DNA from: a virus
Virus record (IMG/VR): IMGVR_UViG_3300036715_000153
Coordinates: 1-64,000 of that record
Direction: 5' to 3' (one strand)
Length of the DNA: 64,000 nucleotides
Part shown: piece by piece, positions 1 through 11,865 of the stretch
Layout: every line of letters begins with the position of its first letter
Numbering within the stretch: the first letter of the stretch is position 1
Program-made: the position numbers and the translations under genes
Notes under the pieces: model-generated
What the model was told of the DNA's origin: nothing
Database searches by the model: none
What the model saw: only the letters and a program-made list of their open reading frames with translations

Positions 1-152
1 CCATAACGGCTTTGTTGTAATAGGAAACTTGTAGTGCGGTCCTATGTAACCAAACAACTTAGGCTTAACTGTAGGTCTGGTGTGTTTCGACCAGTTGAGA
101 GTTAGGTATGTCAACTCACCCAGTGACTCAGTTCGCTTGTCGTATCGCAGTT

Positions 153-584
153 TCATTTCGATTCTTCCAAGGCTTTTAGACACGCTTCTTCAATTCTTCG
201 CACATGCTCTCGATTGAACCCTTTAGAGCTAATAACATACTGGGCATCTTCAAACAACATCTCAACCATTACTGTCTTTGGCTTGGGTGGATTCCACGAC
301 CATTCACTAGGTATAGAAAGCTCATCTATTCTTTGTGCTGATTCATAGGCCGGGTGATACATATAATCACCCTTGAACACTGGCTTGCCTTCAACAATGG
401 TTAGACATGCTTCATATCGGTCAGGTGATGAGTCAAAGTTGATGTGATGACTATTAAAAGGTATCCCGTTGAGTTTAAAACAATCTCCCACCCTTAAATT
501 AGTACCTTCAATCATCTTCACAACTCGTGCTGCTTCTAAATACAATTCTGCTAATGTCATTTCATTCTCCAATTTACTCAGCAT
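153..584 (-). CDS. hypothetical early protein
   Basis: 143-aa ORF with AGGAG-like SD, co-oriented with neighbours. Confidence 0.6.
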   Translation of the reverse strand: MLSKLENEMTLAELYLEAARVVKMIEGTNLRVGDCFKLNGIPFNSHHINFDSSPDRYEACLTIVEGKPVFKGDYMYHPAYESAQRIDELSIPSEWSWNPPKPKTVMVEMLFEDAQYVISSKGFNREHVRRIEEACLKALEESK

Positions 585-1266
585 CTATTTTACGGGTAGT
601 CCCTGCCATCTGATTCTTCTGTAAAATGTTTTCCATCATGCCAGTAAACATTAATTGTTACTCTTGCCCTCAGGTTCTTTGCAATCCATTCGACAAAATA
701 TGAAATTAAATTTTCAATGCTTGGTGGTGGAATAAAAAGTTTTGACATTCTGCTATCTCCTTTTGTTGATCTAATTGATGTGGACATTATATGAAATGTC
801 ATCGCAATTGATCATAATATTTTCACTAATCTAGCTCGTAAAACAGATGGTTGAACTGTTTCACCTGTAATCAAATCTTTGACTATCCATAAGCCTTTAT
901 TAAATGCCGGCATTATCAGAACTTCTCCCTTAGCGACAAGTACATTATCACCTAAGTAAACCATGACTAGGTCGCCAACGTGAATATCATCCTTCATCGA
1001 AACTTGCCATTACAAGAGTTGTATGTGTCATATCCTCGTACAGTTTCATTTCTTAATACCCAAAGTTTCATTTCAATTCCTTACCTATAATTTCTACATC
1101 AGTCCATGCTGCCAAGTGGCATATTTCACCATACTCAGTATAACACAATGAATAAGAGCCGTCAATATGATCGAAGTGAAAATTCTGATCATCGACTCTG
1201 ATCCACATTCCATTAGGTACGTTATATAATTTCATCGTGGTGCATCGCTTGTTAATATGTCTTTGC

Positions 1267-2382
1267 TCATAGTCTTTCCTTTAGCCAGTCTGCTCGTTTG
1301 TTAACTGGAAAAGAATTAAACTCATGTATAACATCATTGCCAGTTTTTCGTGCTTTAAAAATTACACCACTTAACTCTAAGTCTTTAACTTGCAATGCAA
1401 ACTCTTTCTGATCTTCGATGTGCTTGAACTTATTGTAATCGGATTCTAATTTTGTAGTCATCCATCCAAACATCTCAATTGCTCTGTCAAACCTATGAGC
1501 ATCTTCCGGAAATACAGACAAATATTCTGATACTTCGTTAATAACTACCAACTCACAGATAGCGTTAACTGTTAAACCATTACCACGAAGACGATGTGCT
1601 GCCAAGTAAACTGCATTCTTGATCTTAACACGCTTACCTGTCAACTTATTGTAAACTACATACCCCTCCTTTAATCCTGTTAGTGCTTCCAGTGCAATCA
1701 TACACTCTTCTTTAGTATTGAATGAATATTGCTCTAAGTGCTTAACATTCCATCCTAGTGTCAGCTCATAGAATGATGGTTGACTATTGTCTGGTAGACT
1801 TTCTTCACCAGTAATATTATTAACTTGACCTAACTCAACAAGATGATTGGTCTTGTATGGTCGTACAATCCTATTATCAGGTCCTACGCCTTCAAAAAGG
1901 TGTGTACGATCTTTATCTAGGTATGCGCAGTCCGATTGAAATTCCTCTTCTGTACGACCCATTGCATTTAAGAAGAAACCGCGAAACGTGCCATACCAAT
2001 CATTATTTCCCTCAGCGAAGGCTGTGCCGCGTGTACCAATTTCCCACTTATCAGTTTGTGGACAGAAGTAAATGAAGCAAAGTGATCCATCGGCTTTCTC
2101 GAATGTAATAGAGTTCTCGAAATCAAATTCCGATACACCGACTTCTCCGAGATTGAAAAATCGATCATACCCCTTACGAACTATATCGCCTTTGTACGAC
2201 ATGATCAATCCACGACATTCTATTACAACTGGATGATCTTTGATGCACTCAATCTGATTGTAGTCTAGCAAGAACAGTTCGAGATCGGGATAATCCCGCA
2301 CATCTACACCGATCTTGGATAATTCGAGTCTAAACTCATCCATGGAATTACATGACTGAAAAAGTTTCTGTATGTTTAACAT
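1267..2382 (-). CDS. rnlA: RNA ligase 1 (T4 RnlA/gp63-like)
   Basis: ECRGLI, RFFNLGE, adenylation motif EKADGSL, EGYVV, RVKIKN; start moved to ATG 2382 after AAGGA SD. Confidence 0.9.
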   Translation of the reverse strand: MLNIQKLFQSCNSMDEFRLELSKIGVDVRDYPDLELFLLDYNQIECIKDHPVVIECRGLIMSYKGDIVRKGYDRFFNLGEVGVSEFDFENSITFEKADGSLCFIYFCPQTDKWEIGTRGTAFAEGNNDWYGTFRGFFLNAMGRTEEEFQSDCAYLDKDRTHLFEGVGPDNRIVRPYKTNHLVELGQVNNITGEESLPDNSQPSFYELTLGWNVKHLEQYSFNTKEECMIALEALTGLKEGYVVYNKLTGKRVKIKNAVYLAAHRLRGNGLTVNAICELVVINEVSEYLSVFPEDAHRFDRAIEMFGWMTTKLESDYNKFKHIEDQKEFALQVKDLELSGVIFKARKTGNDVIHEFNSFPVNKRADWLKERL

Positions 2383-2578
2383 ATTATTTTTCCTTAGCAA
2401 CAAACGCAATATAACCACACGTAGCAAGTATAGCTAAAAACATAAATGCAAATACCGCATTGATTCCGAAATATTCACCTATCACTACCGTGCTAGTTAG
2501 AAAACATCCAAGTGCTAATAGTGTATAGAATGCATGTTTTGTAGCTTCTTGACCATAAATATTGAATTGAATTTAACA

Positions 2579-2995
2579 TCACTTCCTTGTAAAAGTTTTA
2601 ACTATAACTACCTTCTCTTCTTCCTTTACATCTAAAAAATAAGCAGAGTTCATCCAATCAACTTCTGCCGGTGCGGAGTGTTTACCTCCACCATACCAAT
2701 ATGACCAGCCGACATACCCTAGAGGTGTTTTCATTGCAACATCTTTCACTTCATAATATCGCGAATACTCTAGTGGACGTAAACCTGTTTCGATATCACC
2801 TTTCCTGATTTCGGCTCTGGCATCACTAACTGAATCTTCACATTCTAACGTGTCATACAACTCGTCGATATTATTGACATCTGCTTTTTTGATTTCTGCT
2901 GCGATTTCGATTTCAATGTCCTCATAGAGGACTTGCATATCACATGCTCTGAGTAAAATCATATGCTTTAATGTTTGATGTGGTGTCATAATCAA
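2579..2995 (-). CDS. hypothetical protein
   Basis: 138-aa ORF, YWYGGGKH motif, overlaps upstream stop. Confidence 0.65.
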   Translation of the reverse strand: MIMTPHQTLKHMILLRACDMQVLYEDIEIEIAAEIKKADVNNIDELYDTLECEDSVSDARAEIRKGDIETGLRPLEYSRYYEVKDVAMKTPLGYVGWSYWYGGGKHSAPAEVDWMNSAYFLDVKEEEKVVIVKTFTRK

Positions 2996-3333
2996 TACCT
3001 TATTTGTTTATATAGGTTAAAATCTCTGCGGATGTTCTCTTCGATTTCTTCAACAGGAGTATACGCACCTTCGTCATATTCTGTATCACCATTATATACA
3101 GTAACTCTTGTATTATCAACCGCTACGTATATTAAACGGTTCCCGATGTCGACGATTATGTTTTTTGGTTCGATTACGTATCCATCGAACATAATGTCGG
3201 CATCTTCATGTGCAGCTATGATCAAGATTTGACAGATAAGATTGTATGCTGTATTCCAACTCGAATCTGTATTTGTCATCTCAGTAAATGTTTTCATGCA
3301 ATTTGGGCATCTTCGTAATCGCAGTGTGGACAT
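2992..3333 (-). CDS. hypothetical protein with CxxC
   Basis: 113-aa ORF, GGAG SD. Confidence 0.55.
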   Translation of the reverse strand: MSTLRLRRCPNCMKTFTEMTNTDSSWNTAYNLICQILIIAAHEDADIMFDGYVIEPKNIIVDIGNRLIYVAVDNTRVTVYNGDTEYDEGAYTPVEEIEENIRRDFNLYKQIRY

Positions 3334-3860
3334 TTACACTTCTCCGATATATGTTCGAGGGTCATACTTAAAAGATTTTGAGAATTGTTTAGTTCTATAA
3401 TATGTGATTACAAAACCATCATCAGTCTTTTCGTCATATAGCCAATTATCTTCCCCGTAGATTTTGTCTAAGTGGTTAGACCACTCTAGTCTACTTTCAA
3501 ACTTAATCACATCGAGCTTTCTTTAACTGATAATGTTTTAGGGTCGTATCCCTCTTTGATCATAGCAGCCTTAACATCTTTCAGATTCTTGTTGTTCAAG
3601 AAAACTACTTCATCCACCTTGCGACCCGAGACCTTAATAATATATGATTTCATTTGATTCTCCTTAGCGATTTTTCAAACGTTCAAACACACCTCTGATT
3701 TCTGGTGATTCCATCAATGTGAACAATTTCTCTTTGCACATCTCTTGCAATACATCGGTTTCGGCGATAGTAATCGAACCATCTTTACGTTTAGCTTGTA
3801 ACTGATTGTAAACTTCTTCGTTGAATTTGTTTTGCATTTCAATTACCTTTGCTTCGTTTA

Positions 3861-3922
3861 AGTTCATGTAGTGATTATACAGTCTTATAGGAAATAGTCA
3901 AGACAATCTTGCAACTATTTGG
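3861..3922 (-). promoter_or_regulatory. early sigma70 promoter cassette copy 1
   Basis: TTGACT(3901-3896)-N16-TATAAT(3879-3874)-CACTACATGAACTTAAACGAA. Confidence 0.8.
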
Positions 3923-4121
3923 TGTACGTATCACAACACACATGGAGTTAGATTAGCCCCAATTCGCTAAGTCATTGATTATTATAGATACTGTAAGTTA
4001 TTCTACCTATAGTCGTGAGAAAATAAGTCATTATGAATCAATGACTTATATCTAAAGTTATACACAGGTGTTTTTTGGCTGATCTTTGTCGAGGATTGTG
4101 TATATTGTTACACAATCCGCT

Positions 4122-4961
4122 TTAAAACTTATCTAGGTCGTCTAAAAAAGAAGCAGCTAACTGATTAAGTCCACTAGACAACATCCACTTGTAGATTTTA
4201 CCCTTAGATCCCGTTACTGGCTTATCGTACGCTTCTAGTATCTGAGCCTTAATAGATTCTGGGGTTTCGCGTAAATCTATTAGGCTCTTATTTTCCATAA
4301 ACCTAACACGATGCGGCTCTGGGATACCGTTAGCGTACCAATCGGCTACCACAGACTCTCTCAATGGCTTCTGTCTTACACCTTCAACGAAACAGTCGTT
4401 CGGGTTAACGCAACTCGGAATACCATCACCAGAATCGCCTTTAGCGATCTTCAAAAACAGATCCCACTCCAGTTCGTGTTGAGGTTTCTTGTCTATCCAC
4501 ATCTTGCGAATAGGGGAATACTGTCTGACATTAGGGTTTCTTGCCAGTTGATAGAAGTCGCCATCGCTTGCATGTATTAGCGTTGGCTCTTGGGTTGATA
4601 GCGCCAGCGTACCGATGATATCATCTGCCTCCGCACCGGGAACCTCAATCACACGATACGGAAACACTTCGATCAACTCTTGTTTAATCTTGTTGAAATA
4701 CGTGTAGTATGTATCCCAGTCAATCGAACTCGCATCTCGATTAGCCTTACGATGGGCCTTATAATGAGGAAACACTTCCTTGCGCCAATATGGCTTAGAG
4801 TCGATTGCAATAACCACATCTCCGTACTTGTGCCCAAATTTAATCTTAGTAGACAAGATAGAGTTAACCATAGTGTGGCGAAGCATTCCCTCTGATACCA
4901 CATCCACGCCCTGAATATGCATCGAGGCAGCTCCAATATTTGAGAGGTCGAGAAGTATCAA
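4122..4961 (-). CDS. rnh: T4-like RNase H / 5'-3' exonuclease
   Basis: ILLDLS, YWRK..FPHYKAHRK, GAEADDIIG, ASDGDFYQL, KGDSGDGIP. Confidence 0.92.
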   Translation of the reverse strand: MILLDLSNIGAASMHIQGVDVVSEGMLRHTMVNSILSTKIKFGHKYGDVVIAIDSKPYWRKEVFPHYKAHRKANRDASSIDWDTYYTYFNKIKQELIEVFPYRVIEVPGAEADDIIGTLALSTQEPTLIHASDGDFYQLARNPNVRQYSPIRKMWIDKKPQHELEWDLFLKIAKGDSGDGIPSCVNPNDCFVEGVRQKPLRESVVADWYANGIPEPHRVRFMENKSLIDLRETPESIKAQILEAYDKPVTGSKGKIYKWMLSSGLNQLAASFLDDLDKF

Positions 4962-5131
4962 GTGTAGTCCCTCACAATAGAAGCAGCACGCCTAGAGTCG
5001 TATGTATTGCCGTATCTCAGTTTAAGGGATTGCATGATCTCGGCGAATGACATATCCGATTCCGCCATATCTGTAATAGCTGAGATCAATTCTTCGTCTG
5101 ATATTTGGTCTATTTCTAGTAGTTGGTTCAT
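4958..5131 (-). CDS. small ORF (57 aa) not in track, resembles YqeY/GatB C-terminal helical domain
   Basis: MNQLLEIDQISDEELISAITDM...EIMQSLKLRYGNTYDSRRAASIVRDYT; AGGAG SD, overlaps both neighbours by 4 nt. Confidence 0.5.
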   Translation of the reverse strand: MNQLLEIDQISDEELISAITDMAESDMSFAEIMQSLKLRYGNTYDSRRAASIVRDYT

Positions 5132-5670
5132 ACGAACTCCTTAAATGTTTCGATCAATGTTTCTGTTTGTCCACGAGCATCGTCGAGTGCACTATGATGC
5201 CCACCTTGACCATCTCGTAGCTTATCGTTACGAATACCCAGTAAGTTAAATATGGTTCGCAAATCGTTTTCTTGCCAGTAATTCCAATTTCTTTTAATGT
5301 CGCACGCAACATAAGCCGATGAGAGAATACCGAAGTCGAACACGCTACCCTGTGACCACAACATTTGGTTTTTGTCTTTACCGATAAAGTCGTTTAAGTG
5401 GTTGAGCGCATCTGTAACTGGCTTTGGGTTAGACTTCCACATATCGCGAACTTCTTTAGGCTGCTTCATCCACCAGTCTACTGTATCCTTCTCGATATGT
5501 AAACCTATATCTTTACAAGACACAGGGTCTACGTTAACTAAGAACTCGTGTTCGATTCCCCGTTCAAACGTAAACGAACATGCACCGATCGAAACAATAG
5601 TGGCATTCTGTCTACGACTCAAAGTCTCGATATCGATCATTATGTGTTTTTTATTGAGTATCGCGAACAT
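5128..5670 (-). CDS. dexA: DexA-like DEDDh 3'-5' exonuclease
   Basis: IMIDIETL, SQGSVFDF, HSALDDA. Confidence 0.8.
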   Translation of the reverse strand: MFAILNKKHIMIDIETLSRRQNATIVSIGACSFTFERGIEHEFLVNVDPVSCKDIGLHIEKDTVDWWMKQPKEVRDMWKSNPKPVTDALNHLNDFIGKDKNQMLWSQGSVFDFGILSSAYVACDIKRNWNYWQENDLRTIFNLLGIRNDKLRDGQGGHHSALDDARGQTETLIETFKEFV

Positions 5671-5804
5671 TTAATTCCTCTATTGTATTGTAAACTTCTA
5701 CTGCCGAATAAGAATCGCATATTAAGTCGTTTGCACCTGAGATAACTACAGCATTACACACCACCACGGCATTTATCTTAGATGCGTCGAACGTTTTATC
5801 TATC

Positions 5805-6212
5805 TCATTTACTGTTAACACTAATGCTATTAACATTACGAATGCGGTCATTTTCCAATTCCTTGCTAATGATAAACATCAAACAACATGCTGCATGGGC
5901 GATGTGCGTAATGCCTGTTTCTGAATCTACCTTCTCGCCTTGCTTCCATGCTGACATATGACGTAGTGCTGCATCGAAGTATCTGCGATCCCAACCTTCG
6001 ATTTTCTTCCAATTGTCTGGTGCGTACTTCTTTGAACCAAACATCAGTACTTTAATAATCTCTTCTGCCGATTCCATAGGGAGTAGACTCCACTCCAATT
6101 TACCAGCATCGTATTTTACTCCAACTTCTGGGGCTTTAAGTTTTTCATCAATGATTCGATCGAATGCATCATTAAGAGTCACATTCATTACGTTTGCTGG
6201 TACCGTTGACAT
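5805..6212 (-). CDS. dATP/dGTP diphosphohydrolase-like (DUF5664)
   Basis: GVKYDAGKLEWSLLP, FGSKKYAPDNW, AALRH, DSETGITHIAHAACC. Confidence 0.85.
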   Translation of the reverse strand: MSTVPANVMNVTLNDAFDRIIDEKLKAPEVGVKYDAGKLEWSLLPMESAEEIIKVLMFGSKKYAPDNWKKIEGWDRRYFDAALRHMSAWKQGEKVDSETGITHIAHAACCLMFIISKELENDRIRNVNSISVNSK

Positions 6213-7184
6213 AGGTGCTTTCCTTAAACTTTCTCAATAGCAGTTGTGATCGAAAATGAAATGATATGCGCTCGTTTAACCATCTGACCACCAGTAACAA
6301 CATCATCTGTTTTAAATGTAAAATAATATTCAGGAGTCTGACTATCCTGATACCAACTCAAAAAATCATCAAATTCCGATACCGTATCGCCGTTAACAAT
6401 ATCATTGGAAGACGAGTATATTCTTATGGGATCTGTATTTGTTCTTATTGTAAGCCAAGACACCTTTTGCGTCGGATGACAGATAATCTCAGTTGGTTTT
6501 TTAAATATTCTAGATAGATTAAACATTTTTACCTTTCATCAATGCAATAATGATTGGACAATAATTGATTGGAGTTAGATATGGAGTACCACCAACGTTA
6601 ACAACTGCATCGTTTCGCGTATTTACATATATACCTTCGATGCACCTACTTCCATCCTGGAAGTATAGTCTAGTCTGTTGTTTTGAATTTTCATAATCTT
6701 TACTGCGCAGATTTAAAGTCCATTGAATTGTGATAGACAGTATCGCAATAACGATTATCAAAGCAACTATTTTAGTATAGTATAGCCTCATTATTTCTTC
6801 TCAAAGTGTTTTGCACCTTTACCACAAAAACCCGATAGTAGAGAAGTAAACCAATCTACAGTACGTTCTGTTGAACAAAAATATTGAACAGTTATATCTC
6901 TACCAGTGACAGTATCATATTCACGTTTCTTTGGACGAGAGCATCTGGGTGCATATTTATCGTCTGGTTGATCGTAATGCTTACAGTCTTTACAGTATTT
7001 CATCATTTAATCCAATTTGAAATGTACGTCATAACAAGTGCAGTGATTACACTACCAATTGCAGCATTAATAATACCATGAACCTTACGTTTAACGATGG
7101 TATATACTAATCTTACACCTAATGCAGCAATTATACAACCTAGTATGAAAAATGTCAAGTGCTGATGGTAATGTATCCAATTTG

Positions 7185-7610
7185 TCATTTTAGTTTACCC
7201 GATCTCAATAATGTTTCTTGAAGCGCCAACATTTTCTCAAATTCCAAATTGTAAATCTCCTTAATACCAATCAGAGCATTTGATATTTGATCAGCTGTCC
7301 AACCATACACATCGACACCTTCTGTCACCGTATCGATCTGATCTATAATAGACCAGCACTGCATAATTTGTTCTTCAAGGTCGAAGCTCGATGCTGTAGA
7401 GCTTTCGTAATAACTCGGTGAACTTGTTTCTTCATCTATAAGTTCAAACGCATCATTAAACTTAATACCATATCCTAAAGAGTCATCTTCATCATCCGGT
7501 TTATATACATAATGCAAACCATTGTCAGATAATACTACATCAAATACATGTCCGATTAGAGAAGCATACCAGTATGTTTCGTTCGATGCTTTGATAATTT
7601 TAACTTTCAT
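7185..7610 (-). CDS. hypothetical protein
   Basis: 141-aa ORF coupled to ligase; C-terminal FDLEEQIMQCW segment resembles T4-like hypotheticals. Confidence 0.6.
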   Translation of the reverse strand: MKVKIIKASNETYWYASLIGHVFDVVLSDNGLHYVYKPDDEDDSLGYGIKFNDAFELIDEETSSPSYYESSTASSFDLEEQIMQCWSIIDQIDTVTEGVDVYGWTADQISNALIGIKEIYNLEFEKMLALQETLLRSGKLK

Positions 7611-8896
7611 ACAAGTTCTCCTATTGTGTTGGCAACATCCTTATCTTCCCTTACACCGATAAATCTTGGCAGGAATAATGAAGCAGTACCTTTGCTCTTA
7701 GATGTAATCTTTTCATTATACGCAATCTCAACTATTCGACCAATGATACTATTATCGAAGAGGCATCTACGTTCCTCATCGGAGAATCCAGTACCTACAT
7801 TAACTTGGAGCAACCCATCTGATGTCTCACATACAAGCGCACCTAGCATTCCAATATACTTACCAGTACCTTCTATCATATCAACTACGATTAGATCGGA
7901 CACCTCTACTGCCTTTAGTTTTCCCTGCGACCGGACCCTTTTTCCTTCCCACACATTATTGATATTCTTAATGATGGCACCTTCAAGTTTTTTCTTGCGA
8001 CATGCCAAATAAAACTCTTGTGCAGCTGCTTCATCTTGTACGATCACATATTCTGCTATAATAATTTTCACTTTATATGTCGGATCGCGCCTAGCATTCT
8101 TGGCACTAGCGGTCAACGAGTCGATACGATCTTTATATGGGATTGTTGATGTTGTATCAATCTTATCCCACGCCATAAAGATAACTCTGTCTGCCTCTTC
8201 TTTTGAGATTGTTCCTTTAACACCTTTATTCAAAATTCCATTGCCAACCTTACGTTCTGCTATATTACCGGATTCATCGAGTACAAGAAGTTCGCCGTCA
8301 ATTGTCTCGCCTTCAGTAATAATCAATGCAAGGTCTGTATCCAACACACCGTGCAATTCAATCTCTTTACCGTTGCGGGATATAGCAATTGCACGACCAC
8401 CGAATAGCGTAAGATGACACCGCATACCGTCATATTTGACCTCTGCCAGGGCCGGATATGTGATACCAGATGTGTCCTTTGAGCAAAGCATTACTTCATG
8501 CTGAGGTATTAGATCAACCCACACACGAGCTGCAAGTGTATCTGAGCAACCAACTCGTAAATCTCTTTGAATAATACGCTCTAGCACAATGGCATCGTCT
8601 GATGCAATCATATCAAGTACACTAGACAACCAAGCTACTGCATCATTGCCAGTCTTTGCTCGACTAGATAACGCGTCTAATTGTGATATTCCCCATGATA
8701 ATGTTTCTACCGTACCTAATCTTAGTGGCTTATATTCGGGTATCTGTTTAATACCATAGGTGATACTTGAATCATACGCAGCCTTGAACACAGACTTAAG
8801 GACCACATTATCCTTCTCACGCTTAAGGATTTCTACCTTTTCATTGGTACTAGATGTTGCCGCCAGCTCATTTAAGATTGATAAAATTGTTTTCAT
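7607..8896 (-). CDS. 30: ATP-dependent DNA ligase (gp30)
   Basis: EVKYDGMR (KxDG), IDGEL, EGAIIK, KLK, VGTGFSD, SLFLPRF. Confidence 0.95.
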   Translation of the reverse strand: MKTILSILNELAATSSTNEKVEILKREKDNVVLKSVFKAAYDSSITYGIKQIPEYKPLRLGTVETLSWGISQLDALSSRAKTGNDAVAWLSSVLDMIASDDAIVLERIIQRDLRVGCSDTLAARVWVDLIPQHEVMLCSKDTSGITYPALAEVKYDGMRCHLTLFGGRAIAISRNGKEIELHGVLDTDLALIITEGETIDGELLVLDESGNIAERKVGNGILNKGVKGTISKEEADRVIFMAWDKIDTTSTIPYKDRIDSLTASAKNARRDPTYKVKIIIAEYVIVQDEAAAQEFYLACRKKKLEGAIIKNINNVWEGKRVRSQGKLKAVEVSDLIVVDMIEGTGKYIGMLGALVCETSDGLLQVNVGTGFSDEERRCLFDNSIIGRIVEIAYNEKITSKSKGTASLFLPRFIGVREDKDVANTIGELV

Positions 8897-9799
8897 TTTA
8901 CGATAACACCGACGTCATTTAATTCGTCATATACAGTTTCGACCTTATACAGGCTACTATCGCCTAATGACATATTCAGTTTTTTAAATGATTCTAATGA
9001 TAACCAATAACCATTCTGTGCTAAGAATTTGTATCCGAATATCGACAGTTTACGAATCGCATACTTTCCATTTTTAAATTGGACAATTTTCATTTTATGT
9101 GCTCCCACTTAGTTGAGCCGTCTGGTTGTTTAACTAGAACATATACTATCTTACCATTAATAGCATCAACCTGACCGGTCTTATATGCCTTGGCAATGCT
9201 AATTGAGGCAATAATAATAATTACAATTGCGCTCAGTGTTGTACCAGTAAAGAAACTAAAAATCTCACTCAAAATATTCTCCTTCCATGTTGTTTCATTG
9301 CACGATTAAAAAATCTGTTACGTTCATTCTTCGTCATATACCGATGACGTACACCGATACGTATTCTACCATTCTCGATTGTGCTGAAATAAATGTTTCT
9401 CATAACATATTCCTCAACTTACCTAACTTACCTAAAAGAGGTGCCCTTTTATTCGACACAGTTTCTTTTGAAATAGCTATTTCAAGTTCATGCATCGCAG
9501 CAATAATTTCTTCCCTACTCAGTTTCGATTTTATCAATCTAGTATGACGGTTCTTCATGCTATATTCCTTCGTCTCATGTAGTTTAAGATCATCTATCGT
9601 GTCATTCTACGTTTGCCAAGTAGTCCAAAAATTCATCTGCTAGGTAACCAGCTTCCATTGCATCTATTAGTGCGTCACCGTTGCAGACGACTCGTTCACT
9701 TCCGACACTGTGTAACATAATAAATTCAGCATACGCTTCGTCAAATTCACCTTCTGCAAATCTAGTTTCTAATGTTTTCATAGTGTATTGACCTGTTTC

Positions 9800-9887
9800 G
9801 TTTAAGTTCATGTAGTGATTATACAGCCTTATACGAAATAGTCAAGACAATCTTGCAACTATTTGGAGTGGTTGTAAGTCATTGATT
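9800..9887 (-). promoter_or_regulatory. early promoter cassette copy 2 with upstream IHF-consensus site
   Basis: AATCAATGACTTA(9887-9875); TTGACT-N16-TATAAT-CACTACATGAACTTAAACG. Confidence 0.8.
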
Positions 9888-10476
9888 CTTAATATTGCGC
9901 CATAGTGTGTTTGAATACATCATTCTGGAAGATGACTTTCTTATTACCTGTGCCCATATTAATCTCAAATACTACAGCGGGCGTGCGAGTTTCTTTTGCT
10001 GTCTTGATTGATTGCATAGCAGTGTTATTCACATCCAACGTGACGCCGTTACCTTTAACTTCGTATAGGGTGGGCGAATTTGCAAAGTCTACAGATCGAG
10101 CCGCGCGACCTTCTTTTTGTTTTGATCCAACTGCTGATTCTGTTTGTGTTAGTTGACCTTTAATCATCACCATGTTTACTTCTCCTTATACAATCGTTAA
10201 TGTGGGTTTCTTTGATACTGCGGGTTCTGGCTTATTTGTTTTTTGTTTCTCAACTGCTTCTTGATACTTGGTTTTTTCGTCGTTTGCTGATGGTTGGTCG
10301 TGTTGGATACGAGCAGGCGTATATCCTAATGGAATACCCACACCCATGACTCGAACATCTAATCCACATGCGATCGTGATTTCCATATTAACATAAGTGC
10401 GGAACGATAATCATTATCAGGATTCCAAAAACAACCCCGCCCATAATGTCAATTACTCTACTAAACACATACGACA

Positions 10477-11457
10477 TCATACTGTCACCAGATCGAATTT
10501 CTTAAGGATAGCTTCCAGACCGTCATCCTTAGCATTACCTCGTTTGCCATTCCATGAACCCCAGAGTTTAGAGTCTGCCGAAGCACGACCGCTATAATCA
10601 TAAAACTCTGTTAGTCCATTAAGAACACCCCATGCAGTTCCTGCTGTTAGCTCAGACCCCATTCCACGCTTATAACGGGTCATCATTTCACTAACATCTC
10701 GACCAACCGAGACCGACTGGTCTTCTGCAAGTTTCTTAGGATCAGCAACCAGCTCGTAGTAGATATTAGATGCCACTGTATCTGTAACTTTAATCTTAGC
10801 CAGCTCTTGCATTTGAATGCGGAACGTATCCCAAGACTTTTCCAACAGACCCATCTTAGACTTAATGTCCATAGGATCAAATACACGTGAATGGGTAACG
10901 CGAACACGGGAACCAGAATCTGCACCTAGCGCAACCTTCAGCGTATTTGCACATACTACGCGGACAGAGGTAAACTGAGCAGTCGTAGCCATCTTACCAT
11001 CGCAGCTTGAAGTAAGTAACAACATACCTTTAACCAAGTCGTTCTTTACGATCTCAGATGCGTTGTTCGTATTAGCTAGTGCCCAGAAACGTTTGCCGCC
11101 GTATAGCACTCCGGCGGTTTCTAGTGACATTCCTACACCATCAACCATATCTTTAAAGAACTCCAGAACTTCGCCAGGCTGAACAATTTTATAATCGCCA
11201 GATACTTGACTCAGAGGTGCTTTAGTATCTCCACGATACAATACTGTTTGGTTAGGGAATGCAGCCATTTCGTCACCATTATCGAAACGAACTTGTGTCT
11301 GTTTAATTTCCCAATCCATGCCAGCTTGTTGACGCCACGTTTCCAGTGATGCGCCTTGGGTAAGTTCCTGACCCAAGCCATGCCAAATTTGTGAACGGTT
11401 ACCTACGAATGCGATTGCTGCATCGCCATTTGATTTGAAGTCTAATTCATGGGCCAT
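10477..11457 (-). CDS. DUF932 / LGT_TIGR03299 family protein
   Basis: MAHEL, WHGLG, LETAGVLYGGKRFWALA, SCDG, VRVVCANTL, GTAWGVLNGLTE. Confidence 0.85.
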   Translation of the reverse strand: MAHELDFKSNGDAAIAFVGNRSQIWHGLGQELTQGASLETWRQQAGMDWEIKQTQVRFDNGDEMAAFPNQTVLYRGDTKAPLSQVSGDYKIVQPGEVLEFFKDMVDGVGMSLETAGVLYGGKRFWALANTNNASEIVKNDLVKGMLLLTSSCDGKMATTAQFTSVRVVCANTLKVALGADSGSRVRVTHSRVFDPMDIKSKMGLLEKSWDTFRIQMQELAKIKVTDTVASNIYYELVADPKKLAEDQSVSVGRDVSEMMTRYKRGMGSELTAGTAWGVLNGLTEFYDYSGRASADSKLWGSWNGKRGNAKDDGLEAILKKFDLVTV

Positions 11458-11822
11458 ATTATATTCTCCTTAGTGTACTAATGTAACTACGTCGCTAAAG
11501 TAGTATTCAAAGACTGTTACGAGATTATCGTAGTCGTAACTCTTCATCTCTGCGACGATATCATCACCATCCAAACCCATCTTACGAGCTAAACGTTTAG
11601 CGTATCCCATAAGTACAATGGCATTCCCGTCTGGACCCGATAGATCGATTGTTATCATAATATATTCTCCCGATTAATACGTTGTTACAACACAAGCTGA
11701 AGGTTTACGCGATTCACGCATAGAGATGCGTCCGTTACCCATTGAAAGTTTTACACGAGCGTCATGACGTACTGGAGTTGTTTTAGTGTTTTTCATAATA
11801 TATTTTCCTTGTTTAGTTTTAA

Positions 11823-11865
11823 AAGTTCATGTAGTGATTATATACTCAATTCCCCGAACTGTCAA
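11823..11865 (-). promoter_or_regulatory. early promoter cassette copy 3
   Basis: perfect TTGACA-N17-TATAAT followed by CACTACATGAACTT. Confidence 0.8.
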
